A stretch of 64,000 bases of DNA. Source: Macrostomum lignano. Taxonomy: Eukaryota. The stretch is taken from assembly GCA_002269645.1 (NCBI GenBank), contig NIVC01002830.1, positions 73,512-137,511 on the forward strand. The letters run 5' to 3'. Below the pieces are notes generated by a model. The model saw nothing but the letters and a program-made list of their open reading frames with translations. It was not told the origin of the DNA and ran no database searches. This document shows positions 1 through 12,450 of this stretch, one piece after another. The first letter of the stretch is position 1. Every line of letters begins with the position of its first letter. The translations under genes and the position numbers were made by a program.

Positions 1-3000
1 AGCATGCCGAGCTCCTCGGGTGTCATGCTGGACAGCAGGTCGCTGTTGAAGCTGGTGGGCAGGCGGATCCCGTCACTGCCGCTGGCGTTGGCCACCTCGG
101 ATGGCGACAGAGCCGCTGAGGACGCGGAGGCGCCGTTGTTGCCTCCGAAGCCGCCGCTGGCGCTGTGCACTTTGGCGTGCATCTTCATCCCGCGCTCAGT
201 TTGCCCGATGTAGCCGCAGATGGAGCACTTGTAGCCCGCGCTGCCGCTCAGGTCCAGCGCGATCGGCAGCCACGAAGGCGGCGAAGACTGCTGCTGCTGT
301 TGCAGTTGCTGCTGCTGCTGCTGCTGAGCCGCTGCTTTTGACGCGTCGCCTGTGGCGGGTGAATCTGCGCAGGCTGGCGCCGCTGTACCGGCAGAAGCGC
401 CCGCAGTCGCAGGCGCCACAGCGGCGGCGCTCGGCGCTGTTTTGTCCGGATTCTCGGGACAGTAGAAGGCCTGATGCGCTGTCAGGGTGGACGGCGAGTG
501 GAACCGGATCTGGCAGTAGGGGCACTGGAACTTGCGCTCAGCGGCTGACGCGCTTGGCGAATGAGTCGAGGCTGCAGCGGTTGGCGCTGAACTGGCCGGG
601 GCAGCCAGGGTCTCAAGCTTGGGCGTTGCCATGGCTACTGTGGGCAGCTGAGCGCCGCTCTGCTTCTGTTGCTCTTGAAGCTGCAGAGGATGTTTAGACA
701 GTCGGCCAGGTGTGCCGGATGCTGCACCGGTGGCAGCCGCGGCAGCTGCCACGCGACCGCTCTGACAGTAGAGCGACCGGTGCACCAAGTAGTTGTTGTA
801 GTTGAAAAAGCCGATTTTGCAGTCCTTGCAGACGCTCATCAGGCTGGAGGCCGAGCCGGACTTTTCTGGTTGATTTTGTTGCTGCTGTTGTTGCAATTGT
901 CGGCTGCGCTGTCGCTGCTGCTGCTGCTGCTGGGAATGCTGAGTCAGTCTTAGCGAGGCTCCGACAGAGGCTGCTGCTGGTGTCTGCACCCTCGGCAGCG
1001 TCAGGTCGAGGGCTGAAGCCTCGGGTAGGTCTGGCGAACTTCTGTTGTTTGGGTCGGGAGAAAATGTGTACAAATGAGATATGCTCTCACACAAACGCTC
1101 CCACAGTGTGTACAGCGGCCCTGACTTTATAATCGTCAGGCATGTACACAGCTCTGTGCCTTGGCGGTTGGCCCTCATGGCTGTGAGAGCCTTTGCAGAA
1201 ATGCAAACGATCATACTCAGCAACATCGAAAATTCGCCATCACAGAAGATTTCGTCTGCTGGTGGGGTCGCCACTTTTGAGAGTGCATGCAGGTAAAGTC
1301 TCTCAATCTTAAGTGCCAGTGACGCAACTCAGCTACGCCACGCAACAGACTTGGATTGAGGAATGAAGTGGGGGGATCGTGGTGTGCGAGGGTTGGACGG
1401 ATTAAAGCTACCTTGATCAGTTTTCTCGTATTTTTTATTTCAGAATAGTCCAAGACCAACTGCTCACTGGGTCATATGGTGGCGACTTTTCAATTTTGCT
1501 GAGTAGATATTTTCGTTGTTGCTAAAAATAAACCTGTGACACTTTCTGATTGATCACAAGCACATGGCTAGGCAGAAGGGCGTGAGCACTTGAGATTTTA
1601 GGAGAAAAAAACAAGCTAAAAGTTGAAAATTTAAGATTGATTTGTTAAAGCTGCTTTTGTAAGCTCGTGTGTGACTTGAAAAATACTGAAAAATTCAAAC
1701 ATTCACTTCTTATCAAAATAGATTAAAATGATTAAAGCCCATTAAACCATGACTCATATGATTCAACGGTTGAGAAAAATCCTAATTTTGATCCCGGATC
1801 TACTCAGGGTAGTAGATCAGGTACGGTACCTGAGTTTCTTTTCTTTGACTGGAGCATTTCAAGTAGGATGCAATGACGCAACAGTGTTCTGTCTGATAGT
1901 TATAATAATAATTGATTACACCTGCACCTGCCTCAATGGGCAGATGTGCAACCGACAGCTCAGCCGCAGCTATTGCTGTACGGCTGTTCAGTCCAAGGAC
2001 TGGGGGGTCGCCACACACAGCCTCAATTACCCCAGCTAATGCTGGCACCCATTTTACAGCTGGGTGAACTGAAGCAATGCAGAGTTAAGTGTCTTGCTCA
2101 ACTCAAGAACACAAATTGTTTCAGTGGGATTGGGAATCGAACCCCCGACCTTCAAGTCGTGAGTCCGACGCTCTTAACCACTAGGCTGCAACCCCTGTCG
2201 AATGGAAGATAAAATTAACTGCTATTCATTTGCATGAACAACTTTATTGAAACGTCTGGCACTCACCCGTCAGGATCAGAGGCCACACTGGCAGCGACAT
2301 GTTGCAGCGCGTCAATTCCTTGCTGGAGCTGCTGGCTTTGCGCAGGCGGCTCTTTGCTCCTCGGCAAGCCCACAGGCACGTAGGAGATGCAGCCGCGATC
2401 GCTGAGCACGGGAGCGGACAGCACCAGCTGCGAGGCGTCCCCGCTGCCCAGCACGCCCCGCTGTCCGACGCCAGCTTCTCCGAATAGATCGTGGAACTGG
2501 CGGTGAGTCTGCAGCATCCAGGCCGAGGTGAAGAACAGGCCGCACCGGGTGCAGTGGCGAATTTTCGAACGAAGCGACGACTCAACTTGCACGGCTGAGC
2601 GTCGGTTGCCGCCGGACTCCAGCAGCCGGGGCAGCTTGGCGGAGCTGCCGCAGGCGGCATTGGCGCTGGCCGGCCTCTTGCGCGCCTCCAGTGGACCTGA
2701 CAGCTGCTCCAGCTCCGAGGACTCCTCCGAATCATCGTCCTGTAGGCGGCAAGCGTTGGAATCTTCGGCATCGGCTGAACTCGCAGAGTCGCAGGTGTCG
2801 TCAAGGTGCTCAGGCTCGGCCTCATCCAGGCTGTTGTTGCTGCAGCTCCAGTCGCTGCCGCTGCCGCTGCTACTGCAGATTCGAGTATTGAGCCTCTCAC
2901 CGGGCATCAGAGGTCGCCGGGCCTTCAGGTAGAGCGTCTGGTCACGAACTGTGGGCAGGTCATTGATAGATTGTTAATCAAAGAGACAGCACCCAGAGCC

Positions 3001-5307
3001 CCCATGCTAGCTGAATGTGAAACCCCTACTCACCGTTGACCACAATAGCCGTGTTGCAGCTGTCATCATCATTATCGTAATCTCCGTTCTCGGAATCTAC
3101 AGCTCCATCGGAGGCTGTGTCAACAAAGTTGAGCAGCATCAGCCAGCGTTCGCTTTCCGCTATGAGCCGAACGAATAGTTGAACGTCTGAGTCGTTTGGA
3201 TCAGTTTGGTCGTTTGTCTTGAAAGAGAGGTGCATGCGAGTTTGAGTTTATTGTATTATGAGTTGGGTAGATATGGAGATGCTGGGAGAGGATGAGATCG
3301 CAGGTAAAATGTAAAGAAGACAGACAGGGTGAGAGGGAGTCAGTGAGCGAAATAGAGGTAGAGAGATGTGAAGACGGAGACGGAGACAGACAGAGAGGTA
3401 AATAGAGATGGACAGAGAGAGAGTTGGGAAGGGAGTCAGTGAGGAAGACAGAGAGGAAGATGGATAGGGAGGCAAATAGAGACAGAGAGGGGGGTAGAGA
3501 AGGAGACAAAGGGGGAGACAGAGAGGAAAACAGAAAGGGAGACAAATGGGGAGAGAGAGGGAGACAGAGAGGGAGACAGAGAGGAGACAGAGAGGAGACA
3601 GAGAGGGAGACAAAGGGAGACAGAGAGGGAGACAAAGGGAGACAGAGAGGAGACAGAGAGGGAGACAGAGAGGGAGACAGAGAGGGAGACAGAGAGGGAG
3701 ACGGAGAGGGATACAGAGAGGGAGACAGAGAGGGAGACAGGGAGGGAGACAGAGAGGGAGACAGAGAGGGAGACAGAGAGGGAGACAGGGAGGGAGACAG
3801 AGAGGGAGACAGAGAGGAATACAGGGAGGGAGACAGTCTATTCCGATAAATAAAAAGCCGCACATCCTGAAACGATCACACAAAGGTGAAATAAATAAAT
3901 TCTCAAATAAAATGACATTCTCCACTTTATCAACGCAGCCTGATTTGCTCAGCTCAGCACCATGCAGAGAGGAAGCCCAAGCCATTTCCACAATGGACCT
4001 TGGCGCTCACACTGTGCTCGCTGGACTTTAGCCACTATACCCTGTAAATATAGTATATCACGCTCGATCTAAACCAGCCGCCTATCTGAAATTGCCCAGG
4101 CCAAAGTCAGCAATGCATGCAGAGCTTGGCAATTCGCGGCTAATCTAATCTCCTGAATCGGTCCCCCCTCGGGCTCTGCTCTATCTTATCTCGAATGCTA
4201 TACAGATTGGACCCTCATTGCATTTAGGAATTTAGAATCAGATGTTGGGGAGAATCACCCCCACCCTCCCCTACATTCTTATCTTATTGCCTTCCAAGAA
4301 TTATTCCCTATTATGCGATTCTCTCATAGGTAGGTAGATAAAGGCTTATCTAATCGCCAAAGCTAAACACGTAACACTGTTACCAATTGTGCACAGGGCG
4401 GTGCAACTCGTGTTGTTTAGCATCAGCTTTATATTCATGTATCAAATAATTCAAATAGCCTTGGATATGTCTAATGTAAACTGCTAGCGTATTTTAGGTT
4501 GCTTTCATTGTAGGATTCATTAGTAGGGTTCATTGAAAGGTCAACTTGTTGGATGTTGTTGCTTAGTGGCGCCATTTGTGCGTGGGATATGCTGGATAGC
4601 GCCATTTGTGCGTGGGAGATGCTGGGTGGCGCCATTTGTGTTGTGGGAGGTGCTGGGTGGCGCCGTTTGTGTGTAGGAGATGCTGGGTGGCGCCATTTGT
4701 GTGTCGGAGATGCTGGGTGGCGCCATTTGTGTGTCGGAGATGCTGGGTGGTGCCATTTTTGTGTCGGAGATGCTGGGTGGCGCCATTTGTGTGTCGGAGA
4801 TGCTGGGCGGCGCCATTTGTGCGTGGGAGATGCTGGGTGGCGCCATTTGTGTGTGGGAGATGCTGGGTGGCGCCATTTGTGTGTGGGAGATGCTGGGTGG
4901 CGCCATTTGTGTGGGAGATGCTGGGTGGCGCCATTTGTGTGTGGGAGATGCTGGGTGGCGCCATTAGTGTGTGGGAGTTGCTGGGTGGCGCCGTTTGTGT
5001 GTGGGAGATGCTGTGTGGCGCCGTTTGTGTGTGAAAGGTGCTGGGTAGCTAGATCCTCCCACAATGCGTAACATGGCAAACGCGGACACCAGTGCTGACA
5101 GTGTCAGACTGTCAGGCCCCTCACACACTCCAATGGTCAGCAGTCTTAGGCGACTCACCCGCACAGACAGATGCGCATCTTTCGAGCAGGGCACCAGCTC
5201 AAAGCGGAACGGACCCCAGCTGGCTGTCTCATCGAAGGCCTCCGTCAGCCGAAGGCATTCAGCGTTGCTGTCGTATTCGATGCCTTCGGGTAGCTCAGCA
5301 GTCAGCT
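1..5307 (-). CDS. ZFPM/ush: FOG/U-shaped (ZFPM) family transcriptional cofactor: PR-like domain plus CCHC and C2H2 zinc fingers; partial at both ends
   Basis: Exons 5159-5307, 3034-3217, 2267-2948 and <1-1041 join with GT-AG sites in matching phases (0,1,2). PR-like motifs: SWGPF, RWLMLL and NTAIVVNGVRDQTLYLKARRPLMPGERL. FOG-type CCHC fingers: CKDCKIGFFNYNNYLVHRSLYC (765-830) and CPYCQIRFHSPSTLTAHQAFYC (459-524). C2H2 fingers: CTRCGLFFTSAWMLQTHRQFH and CSICGYIGQTERGMKMHAKVH. CtBP-like motifs ALDLT and ALDLS. The last exon frame is missing from the ORF track because it runs off the window. Confidence 0.88.
1900..2195 (-). mobile_element. tRNA-derived SINE, copy 1 (in FOG intron)
   Basis: The sense strand starts GGGGTTGCAGCCTAGTGG (A box) and has GGTTCGATTCC (B box). 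A non-tRNA body (GAGCAAGACACTTAAC...CACCCAGCTGTAAAATGGG) and an AT-rich tail follow. A homologous copy lies at 36625-36890. Confidence 0.85.
3400..3836. repeat. GA-rich 12-bp tandem repeat (GGGAGACAGAGA)
   Basis: Directly visible; source of the SPSL/GDRE ORFs. Confidence 0.9.
4566..5045. repeat. 30-bp minisatellite (GGCGCCATTTGTGTGTCGGAGATGCTGGGT)
   Basis: About 15 tandem units, intronic. Confidence 0.92.
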
Positions 5308-5387
5308 CTGAAGGTCAGATATTGCATGGGATTTATTTTAGACAGATTCGAACTGCAGCTTAGTCTGATTTTATTTAGGGGCCACAA

Positions 5388-6075
5388 GCACCAAGAGGTT
5401 CCAGCACCAAGAGGTTTCAGCATCAAGAGGTTCCAGCACCAAGAGGTTCCAGCACCAAGAGGTTTCAGCATCAAGAGGTTCCAGCACCAAGAGGTCCCAG
5501 CATCAAGAGGGTCCAGCACCAAGAGATGCCAGCACCAAGAGACGCCAGCACCAAGAGACGCCAGCACCAAGAGACGCCAGCACCAAGAGACGCCAGCACC
5601 AAGAGACGCCAGCACCAAGAGACGCCAGCACCAAGAGACGCCAACACCAAGAGACGCCAACACCAAGAGACGCCAGCACCAAGAGACGCCAGCACCAAGA
5701 GACGCCAGCACCAAGAGACGCCAGCACCAAGAGACGCCAACACCAAGAGACGCCAACACCAAGAGACGCCAGCACCAAGAGACGCCAGCACCAAGAGACG
5801 CCAGCACCAAGAGACGCCAGCACCAAGAGACGCCAGCACCAAGAGACGCCAGCACCAAGAGACGCCAGCACCAAGAGACGCCAACACCAAGAGACGCCAA
5901 CACCAAGAGACGCCAGCACCAAGAGACGCCAGCACCAAGAGACGCCAGCACCAAGAGACGCCAGCACCAAGAGACGCCAGCACCAAGAGACGCCAGCACC
6001 AAGAGACGCCAGCACCAAGAGACGTCAGCACCAAGAGACGCCAGCACCAAGAGACGCCAGCACCAAGAGATGCCA
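5388..6075. repeat. 16-bp minisatellite (CAGCACCAAGAGACGC)
   Basis: About 40 tandem units. Confidence 0.95.
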
Positions 6076-6811
6076 GCAACAATGAGTTTCTACAAACAAC
6101 AAACAAACTCACCTCGAAGGCAGGCGTGATTTCTGAACAACTCCGCAATTCTCATTGCTCTGTCACTGAATTAAACAGCACAGCACGGCACAACAAACAA
6201 AATGGCGGGATGTTGTCCAGCTTCAGCAGGATAAAAAGGGGTGACTTTTGCAGACAAAAACGAGGGCTGGTATCCTTCCTGACCTGTCTGTGTGGAATAT
6301 CTGTCTGCACTGGATCTTATTGCTGTGGCTGAGGGGAGCAACGGGTCGGCAATACTCTAGTCTAGTGTATATGGGGTGGCTCGACCTTATCTAACTGATA
6401 TCAATTGCCTGAACCAACCCGCATTGCTGTGTTCTTCTTTTCTGCCCTTGTGGCCTCCGCTGTGGCTTTCGAATTTCGGGGGAGTTGGGGGTTGGCCGCT
6501 GCCCACCCGCCCCTCGCAGTCCCCCCCAGCGCCATGGGAGACGGGCCGGGCCCCAGTGGGACAGAGCAGCAAGAGGAGAAAACGAGGCGGGCCTCTGCAT
6601 CCACCCCCTCCACTTCCCCTGTTATCAGCGGCTCTTATCAATCCCGAACTGTGGGGTTGGGGTCCCAGTTTTATCTCGCTATCGATTTTCAAGGCGGATT
6701 CGCTCTCGGTTTTCTAGATTGGAAACTCAGATTCCGGAGGCCTGCGGGGGGCAGTGTCATGGTGGCCGAGATCCACTGCATGGAGTGGTGACTTTGATGG
6801 CGCCTGTTGGG

Positions 6812-7714
6812 TGAGATTTAAGCACCGCAGGGTGAGATTTAAGCGCCGCAGGGTGAGATTTTAGTTCCGCAGGGTGAGATGTTAGCTCCGCAGGGTGAGA
6901 TTTTAGCTCCGCAGGGTGTAATTTTAGCTCCGCAGGGTGAGATTTTAGCTCCGCAGGGTGAGATTTAAGCGCCGCAGGGTGAGATTTTAGCGCCTTCTGG
7001 GTTAGATTTTAGCGCCGCCGCAGGGTGAGATTTAAGCACCGCAGGGTGAAATTTTAGCTCCGCAGGGTGAGATTTTAGCTCCGCAGGGTGAGATTTTAGC
7101 TCCGCAGGGTGAGATTTTAGCTCCGCAGGGTGAGATTTTAGCTCCGCAGGGTGAGATTTTAGCGCTGCAGGGTGAGTTTTTAGCGCCGCAGGGTAAGATT
7201 TTAACGCCGCAGGGTAAGATTTTAACGCCGCAGGGTGAGATTTTAGCGCCGCAGGGTGAGATTTTAGCACCTCAGGGTGAGATTTAAGCGCCGCAGGGTG
7301 AGATTTTAGCGCCGCAGGGTGTGAGTTTAGCGCTGCAGGAGGAGATTTTAGCTCCGCAGGGTGAGATTTTAGCGCCGCAGGGTGTGAGTTTAGCGCTGCA
7401 GGGTGAGATTTTAGCTCCGCAGGGTGCAGGGTGTGCTCCCAGATTTTAGCGCCGCAGGGTGAGATTTTAGCGCCGCAGGGTGAGATTTTAGCTCCGTAGG
7501 GTGAGATTTTAGCGCCGCAGGGTGAGATTTTAGCTCCGCAGGGTGAAATTTTAGCGCCACAGGGTGAGATTTTAGCTCCGCAGGGTGAGATTTTAGCTCC
7601 GCAGGGTGAGATTTAAGCGCCGCAGGGTGAGATTTAAGCTTCGCAGGGTGAGATTTAAGCGCCGCAGGGTGAGATTTTAGCGCAGCAAAGTGAGATTTTA
7701 GCGCCGCAGGGTGA
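6812..7714. repeat. 21-bp minisatellite (GCAGGGTGAGATTTTAGCKCC)
   Basis: About 40 tandem units. Confidence 0.95.
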
Positions 7715-8835
7715 GCTCTCAGTGTTTGTTTCGCTTTCCTACCTGCCCAGAACCAAAATAGAAGTTAAGTATATTGAAGTTAATTTCTTTTACATTAGAT
7801 GAGAGAGACGGAGAGGAGAGAGGAGAGAGGAGAGGAGAGAGAAGAAAAGAGGAAAGATGAGATGAGAAATAACAGCCGAGAGGCCAGAAAGAGATGAAAG
7901 GAGAGATTAGATCAGAGACCCCCCTGAGAGATGGAGATGAGAGAAGAGATCAGACCGAAGATAAGAGGAGAGACCCTGAGAGGAGTCGAGGAGAGAGAAG
8001 AGAGCCGAGAAGAGACACAAACCTGCCATTGCGAAGTTGTCGGGCCGGAGTTGCCACTCCATATTCTGGCTCCAATTCTCCTTGGCGGGTGTTCTCCCAA
8101 CTCCCCAAAATCGGCCTCTTATTTTGATGCGGGGGGGGGGTGGGGCTCGAGATCTCAGATCGCCTCTTATCGCAGCGAAACAGGGCCGCAGTCTGGGGTT
8201 GGGGCGGGCAAAACCTTTCCTATCATTTATTTCCAGCTTCCCAGTTTGCACCGGGGCGCGGTAGAGGGCCTCCATAGTATGATATATGTTTTTATCGGCT
8301 TGGCAAATCTTCAGCTAGGCCTGGACCTTATCGCGATCTCCGGGTTCGCCTGCCGTGTGCGCGCATCAGTGGCTTTGAAACAGCCAGAGAGAGAGACAAG
8401 AGATAAAAGATCGAGCTGGCTTATCTATCGAACTGGCATTGGGCCGAAGGCAAATGAGGGCGCTCATCTACTTTGGTGTATTCCTACGCCCTCCCCCCCC
8501 CCGTAGCTGATGCCTGCCTGACTTCTCACTCTGGGTTTTCTTTAGCTATTTCTGGCTTGTCTCTGTCAATCTCTCTGCCTCCTCTCCTTATACTGCTTTT
8601 GGCTGGCTTATCTCCGCTTTTTCATCTGGTCTGCCGGCCCGACAGCGCGCCCTCGCCTCCTTCCTTGCCGTTTGCTTACCGTGGCTTCATCTTGCGCTTT
8701 CAGCCAAGCAGCTCTGCCAGATCCATTACCGTCCGAAGGCGCACAGAAAGTCTTACCACAACTTTACGCTTGGCTATAAAGAACAAGATAACTGGTAGAG
8801 GTGACAGGGGCCGTTGTCACAAAGGCGAAGTCATG

Positions 8836-9487
8836 GTGGCTGGCGCCCGTGGTGCTGGCGCCCCTGGTGCTGGCGCCCCTGGTGCTGGCGCCCCTGGTGC
8901 TGGCGCCCCTGGTGCTGGCGCCCCTGGTGCTGGCGCCCCTGGTGCTGGCGCCCCTGGTGCTGGCGCCCCTGGTGCTGGCGCCCCTGGTGCTGGCGCCCCT
9001 GGTGCTGGCGCCCCTGGTGCTGGCGCCCCTGGTGCTGGCGCCCCTGGTGCTGGCGCCCCTGGTGCTGGCGCCCCACTGGTGCTGGCGCCCCACTGGTGCT
9101 GGCGCCCCACTGGTGCTAAAGCGCCACACTGGTGCTGGCGCCCCACTGGTGCTGGCGCCCCACTGGTGCTGGCGCCCCACTGGTGCTGGCGCCCCACTGG
9201 TGTGCTGGCGCCCCTGATGCTGGCGCCCCACTGGTGCTGGCGCCCCTGGTGCTGGCGCCCCTGGTGCTGGCGCCCCACTGGTGCTGGCGCCCCTGGTGCT
9301 AAAGCCCCTGGTGCTAAAGCCCCTGGTGCTAAAGCCCCTGGTGCTAAAGCCCCTGGTGCTAAAGCCCCTGGTGCTAAAGCCCCTGGTGCTAAAGCCCCTG
9401 GTGCTAAAGCCCCTGGTGCTAAAGCCCCTGGTGCTGGCGCCCCTGGTGCTGGCGCCCCTCTGGTGCTGGCGCCCCTGGTGCTGGCGC
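8836..9487. repeat. 15/16-bp minisatellite (GGTGCTGGCGCCCCT and GGTGCTAAAGCCCCT variants)
   Basis: Directly visible; same family as 11535-12450. Confidence 0.95.
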
Positions 9488-10329
9488 TCAAGTTGAATAG
9501 CTTATCATCAACTTATATTTCTAGTTAATTATAGTTCTACTATAGTTTGTGATTGATTGATGACAGATTTCTAAAAAAGCTTCGTCTTATCAATCGAGTA
9601 AAAAATTATTTTGGTCTGGTCTCCAATTTCGGCACCTGCTACTTATTGAGGCCATTTCGTGTCTCCTCTATGCAGATGGGGTTCCAATCCAGACAGCTCT
9701 ATAAAAACGGTCCTTGCCAGCTCGCGGTTTTTGGCATTCATTCAGTCTCTGTCCGGCCCTCATGCCAGAGAAACTGCAATCTTATCTACTCTGGCCAATC
9801 TCTGGTCTGCCTCATTTTCTTCTGCCTGTCGGCCTGGCCTCTCTTTCCTGCTTCTCCTTATCTGTCTGTAGCATCAATTGTCTCTGAGCCTTATCTAGGC
9901 CGTCCCTCCCCGCCTCACTCCCCGAGCCGCTATCTCCCTCTCCTTCCCTCCACTTACATTCTAGCGAGAGGAGGGGGACCGTTCGGTTTGTGGGTTGTGG
10001 CTTGTCTGTCGGTTTCAGAGCTCGAGACTGGGGTTTTGCTGCTTTTTCTAGGTTTGTTCGACACTTATTAAGAAATATAAGTTTGGCCTCGTGTGCACCT
10101 GATGCAGCAGCGCCCTAATTAGATGGAGAATCTGTTTTAAAATCAATTCTGAGATTTAGCAGCCTGAATTTACAGCAGCAATTGCGGATGCTGTGGGTGT
10201 TCACTGCGGCATAGTTGGCACTGCACTAGCATGCCCTGAATTGGGTGTCACCGCGGTGTCAGGGGGATGATGTTCGTGTATTGGAGTCCGTCAGGAGGGG
10301 ACTGTCAGGACCCTCTCATCCTTCTGCTC

Positions 10330-10890
10330 TCCTACCCTCCTACCCTCCGACCCTCCGACCCTCCGACCCTCCGACCCTCCGACCCTCCGACCCTCCGACC
10401 CTCCGACCCTCCGACCCTCCGACCCTCCTCCTCCGACCCTCCTACCCTCCGACCCTCCGACCCTCCTACCCTCCGACCCTCCTACCCTCCGACTCTCCGA
10501 CCCTCCGACCCTCCTACCCTCCGACCATCCGACCCTCCGACCCCCCTACCCCCCGACCCTCCTACCCTCCGACCCTCCTACCCTCCGACCCTCCGACCCT
10601 CCGACCCTCCGACCCTCCGACCCTCCTACCCTCCGACCCTCCGACCCTCCGACCCTCCGACCCTCCGACCCCCCTACCTCCCGACCCTCCTACCCTCCTA
10701 CCCTCCTACCCTCCGACCCTCCTACCCTCCGACCCTCCTACCCTCCGACCCTCCTACCCTCCGACCCTCCGACCCTCCGACCCCCTACCCCCCGACCCTC
10801 CTACCCTCCGACCCCCCTACCCTCCGACCCTCCTACCCTCCGACCCTCCTACCCTCCGACCCCCCTACCCTCCGACCCTCCTACCCTCCT
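10330..10890. repeat. 8-bp repeat (CCCTCCGA/CCCTCCTA)
   Basis: Directly visible. Confidence 0.93.
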
Positions 10891-11534
10891 CTCCACCCTT
10901 CACCCTGCAACGCAGCCTCGCCAAGTGCACCCATTCGGATCGCTAGCAGCTACAGAGCTGATCCCTCACTCCCCCATGGCAGCATGAAGTGCCCTCAGAG
11001 AACACAGAGTACCAGCTTTACCTTTTCACTGTTCCACCAACCTGTTACTCGGAAACGAATAAGTTCATAAGCATAAACCTCGAAATATTCATATGGAATC
11101 AATAAAGCTTCAATCGGTTGCACTGATGATAGAAAGGTGAAATTTTTACAATTTCAAACCATTCGAGACCATCAGCTTCAGCTGTTCATCTGTTTACAAT
11201 GCAGCTTCTACCAAACCCACTCTGTATCCAAGCCAAATGCTGTGCTATCCGCATCAAATTCAACCTTAACACAGACCAAGATCTTGTCTGATAGTGCCAT
11301 GAGCGTTGTAAATTGGTAACTGCTGCTGTGGGCCTTATCTTCACGCACCAATAAACCAGCCTTGCAATGCTCCCTTGCTGCGATCGCGTATAAAGATCCT
11401 TGGGATATACGAGTATAGGGATGATAAAACTTGAAATAATAAGTTTCATATCGGATGTAGGGAACATTCACAAGTGTCTTTGGTGAGATATTGCTTGCTT
11501 TAATTAAAATTTCGAATTTGAAGGATTTCGGCTA

Positions 11535-12450
11535 ATGCTGGAGCCCCTGGTGCTGGCGCCCCTGGTACTGGCGCCCCTGGTGCTGGTGCCCGTGGTGCTG
11601 GCGCCCCTGGTGCTAAAGCCCCTGGTGCTAAAGCCCCTGGTGCTAAAGCCCCTGGTGCTAAAGCCCCTGGTGCTGGCGCCCCTGGTGCTGGCGCCCCTGG
11701 TGCTAAAGCCCCTGGTGCTAAAGCCCCTGGTGCTAAAGCCCCTGGTGCTGGCGCCCCTGGTGCTGGCGCCCCTGGTGCTGGCGCCCCTGGTACTGGCGCC
11801 CCTGGTGCTGATGCCCGTGGTGCTGGCGCCCCTGGTGCTAAAGCCCCTGGTGCTAAAGCCCCTGGTGGTAAAGCCCCTGGTGCTAAAGCCCCTGGTGCTG
11901 GCGCCCCTGGTGCTGGCGCCCCTGGTGCTAAAGCCCCTGGTGCTAAAGCCCCTGGTGCTAAAGCCCCTGGTGCTGGCGCCCCTGGTGCTGGCGCCCCTGG
12001 TGCTAAAGCCCCTGGTGCTAAAGCCCCTGGTGCTAAAGCCCCTGGTGCAGGCGCCCCTGGTGCTGGCGCCCCTGGTGCTAAAGCCCCTGGTGCTAAAGCC
12101 CCTGGTGCTAAAGCCCCTGGTGCTAAAGCCCCTGGTGCTAAAGCCCCTGGTGCTAAAGCCCCTGGTGCTAAAGCCCCTGGTGCTAAAGCCCCTGGTGCTA
12201 AAGCCCCTGGTGCTAAAGCCCCTGGTGCTAAAGCCCCTGGTGCTAAAGCCCCTGGTGCTAAAGCCCCTGGTGCTAAAGCCCCTGGTGCTAAAGCCCCTGG
12301 TGCTAAAGCCCCTGGTGCTAAAGCCCCTGGTGCTAAAGCCCCTGGTGCTAAAGCCCCTGGTGCTAAAGCCCCTGGTGCTAAAGCCCCTGGTGCTAAAGCC
12401 CCTGGTGCTAAAGCCCCTGGTGCTAAAGCCCCTGGTGCTAAAGCCCCTGA
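11535..12450. repeat. 15-bp minisatellite (GGTGCTAAAGCCCCT)
   Basis: About 60 units; source of the LKPLV/GFSTR ORFs. Confidence 0.95.

Noticed and set aside
2106-2195. Functional tRNA genes here and at 36625
   Set aside because: The acceptor stem and cloverleaf are incomplete and both continue into a shared non-tRNA body, so they are SINE heads.
2267-5307. PRDM-family assignment for the PR + zinc-finger gene
   Set aside because: CCHC fingers ending H-x3-(F/L)YC and dispersed finger spacing match FOG/U-shaped rather than the PRDM tandem C2H2 arrays.
11186-11471. Non-repetitive ORFs between arrays as an exon or transposon fragment
   Set aside because: No recognisable motif or consistent splice sites.
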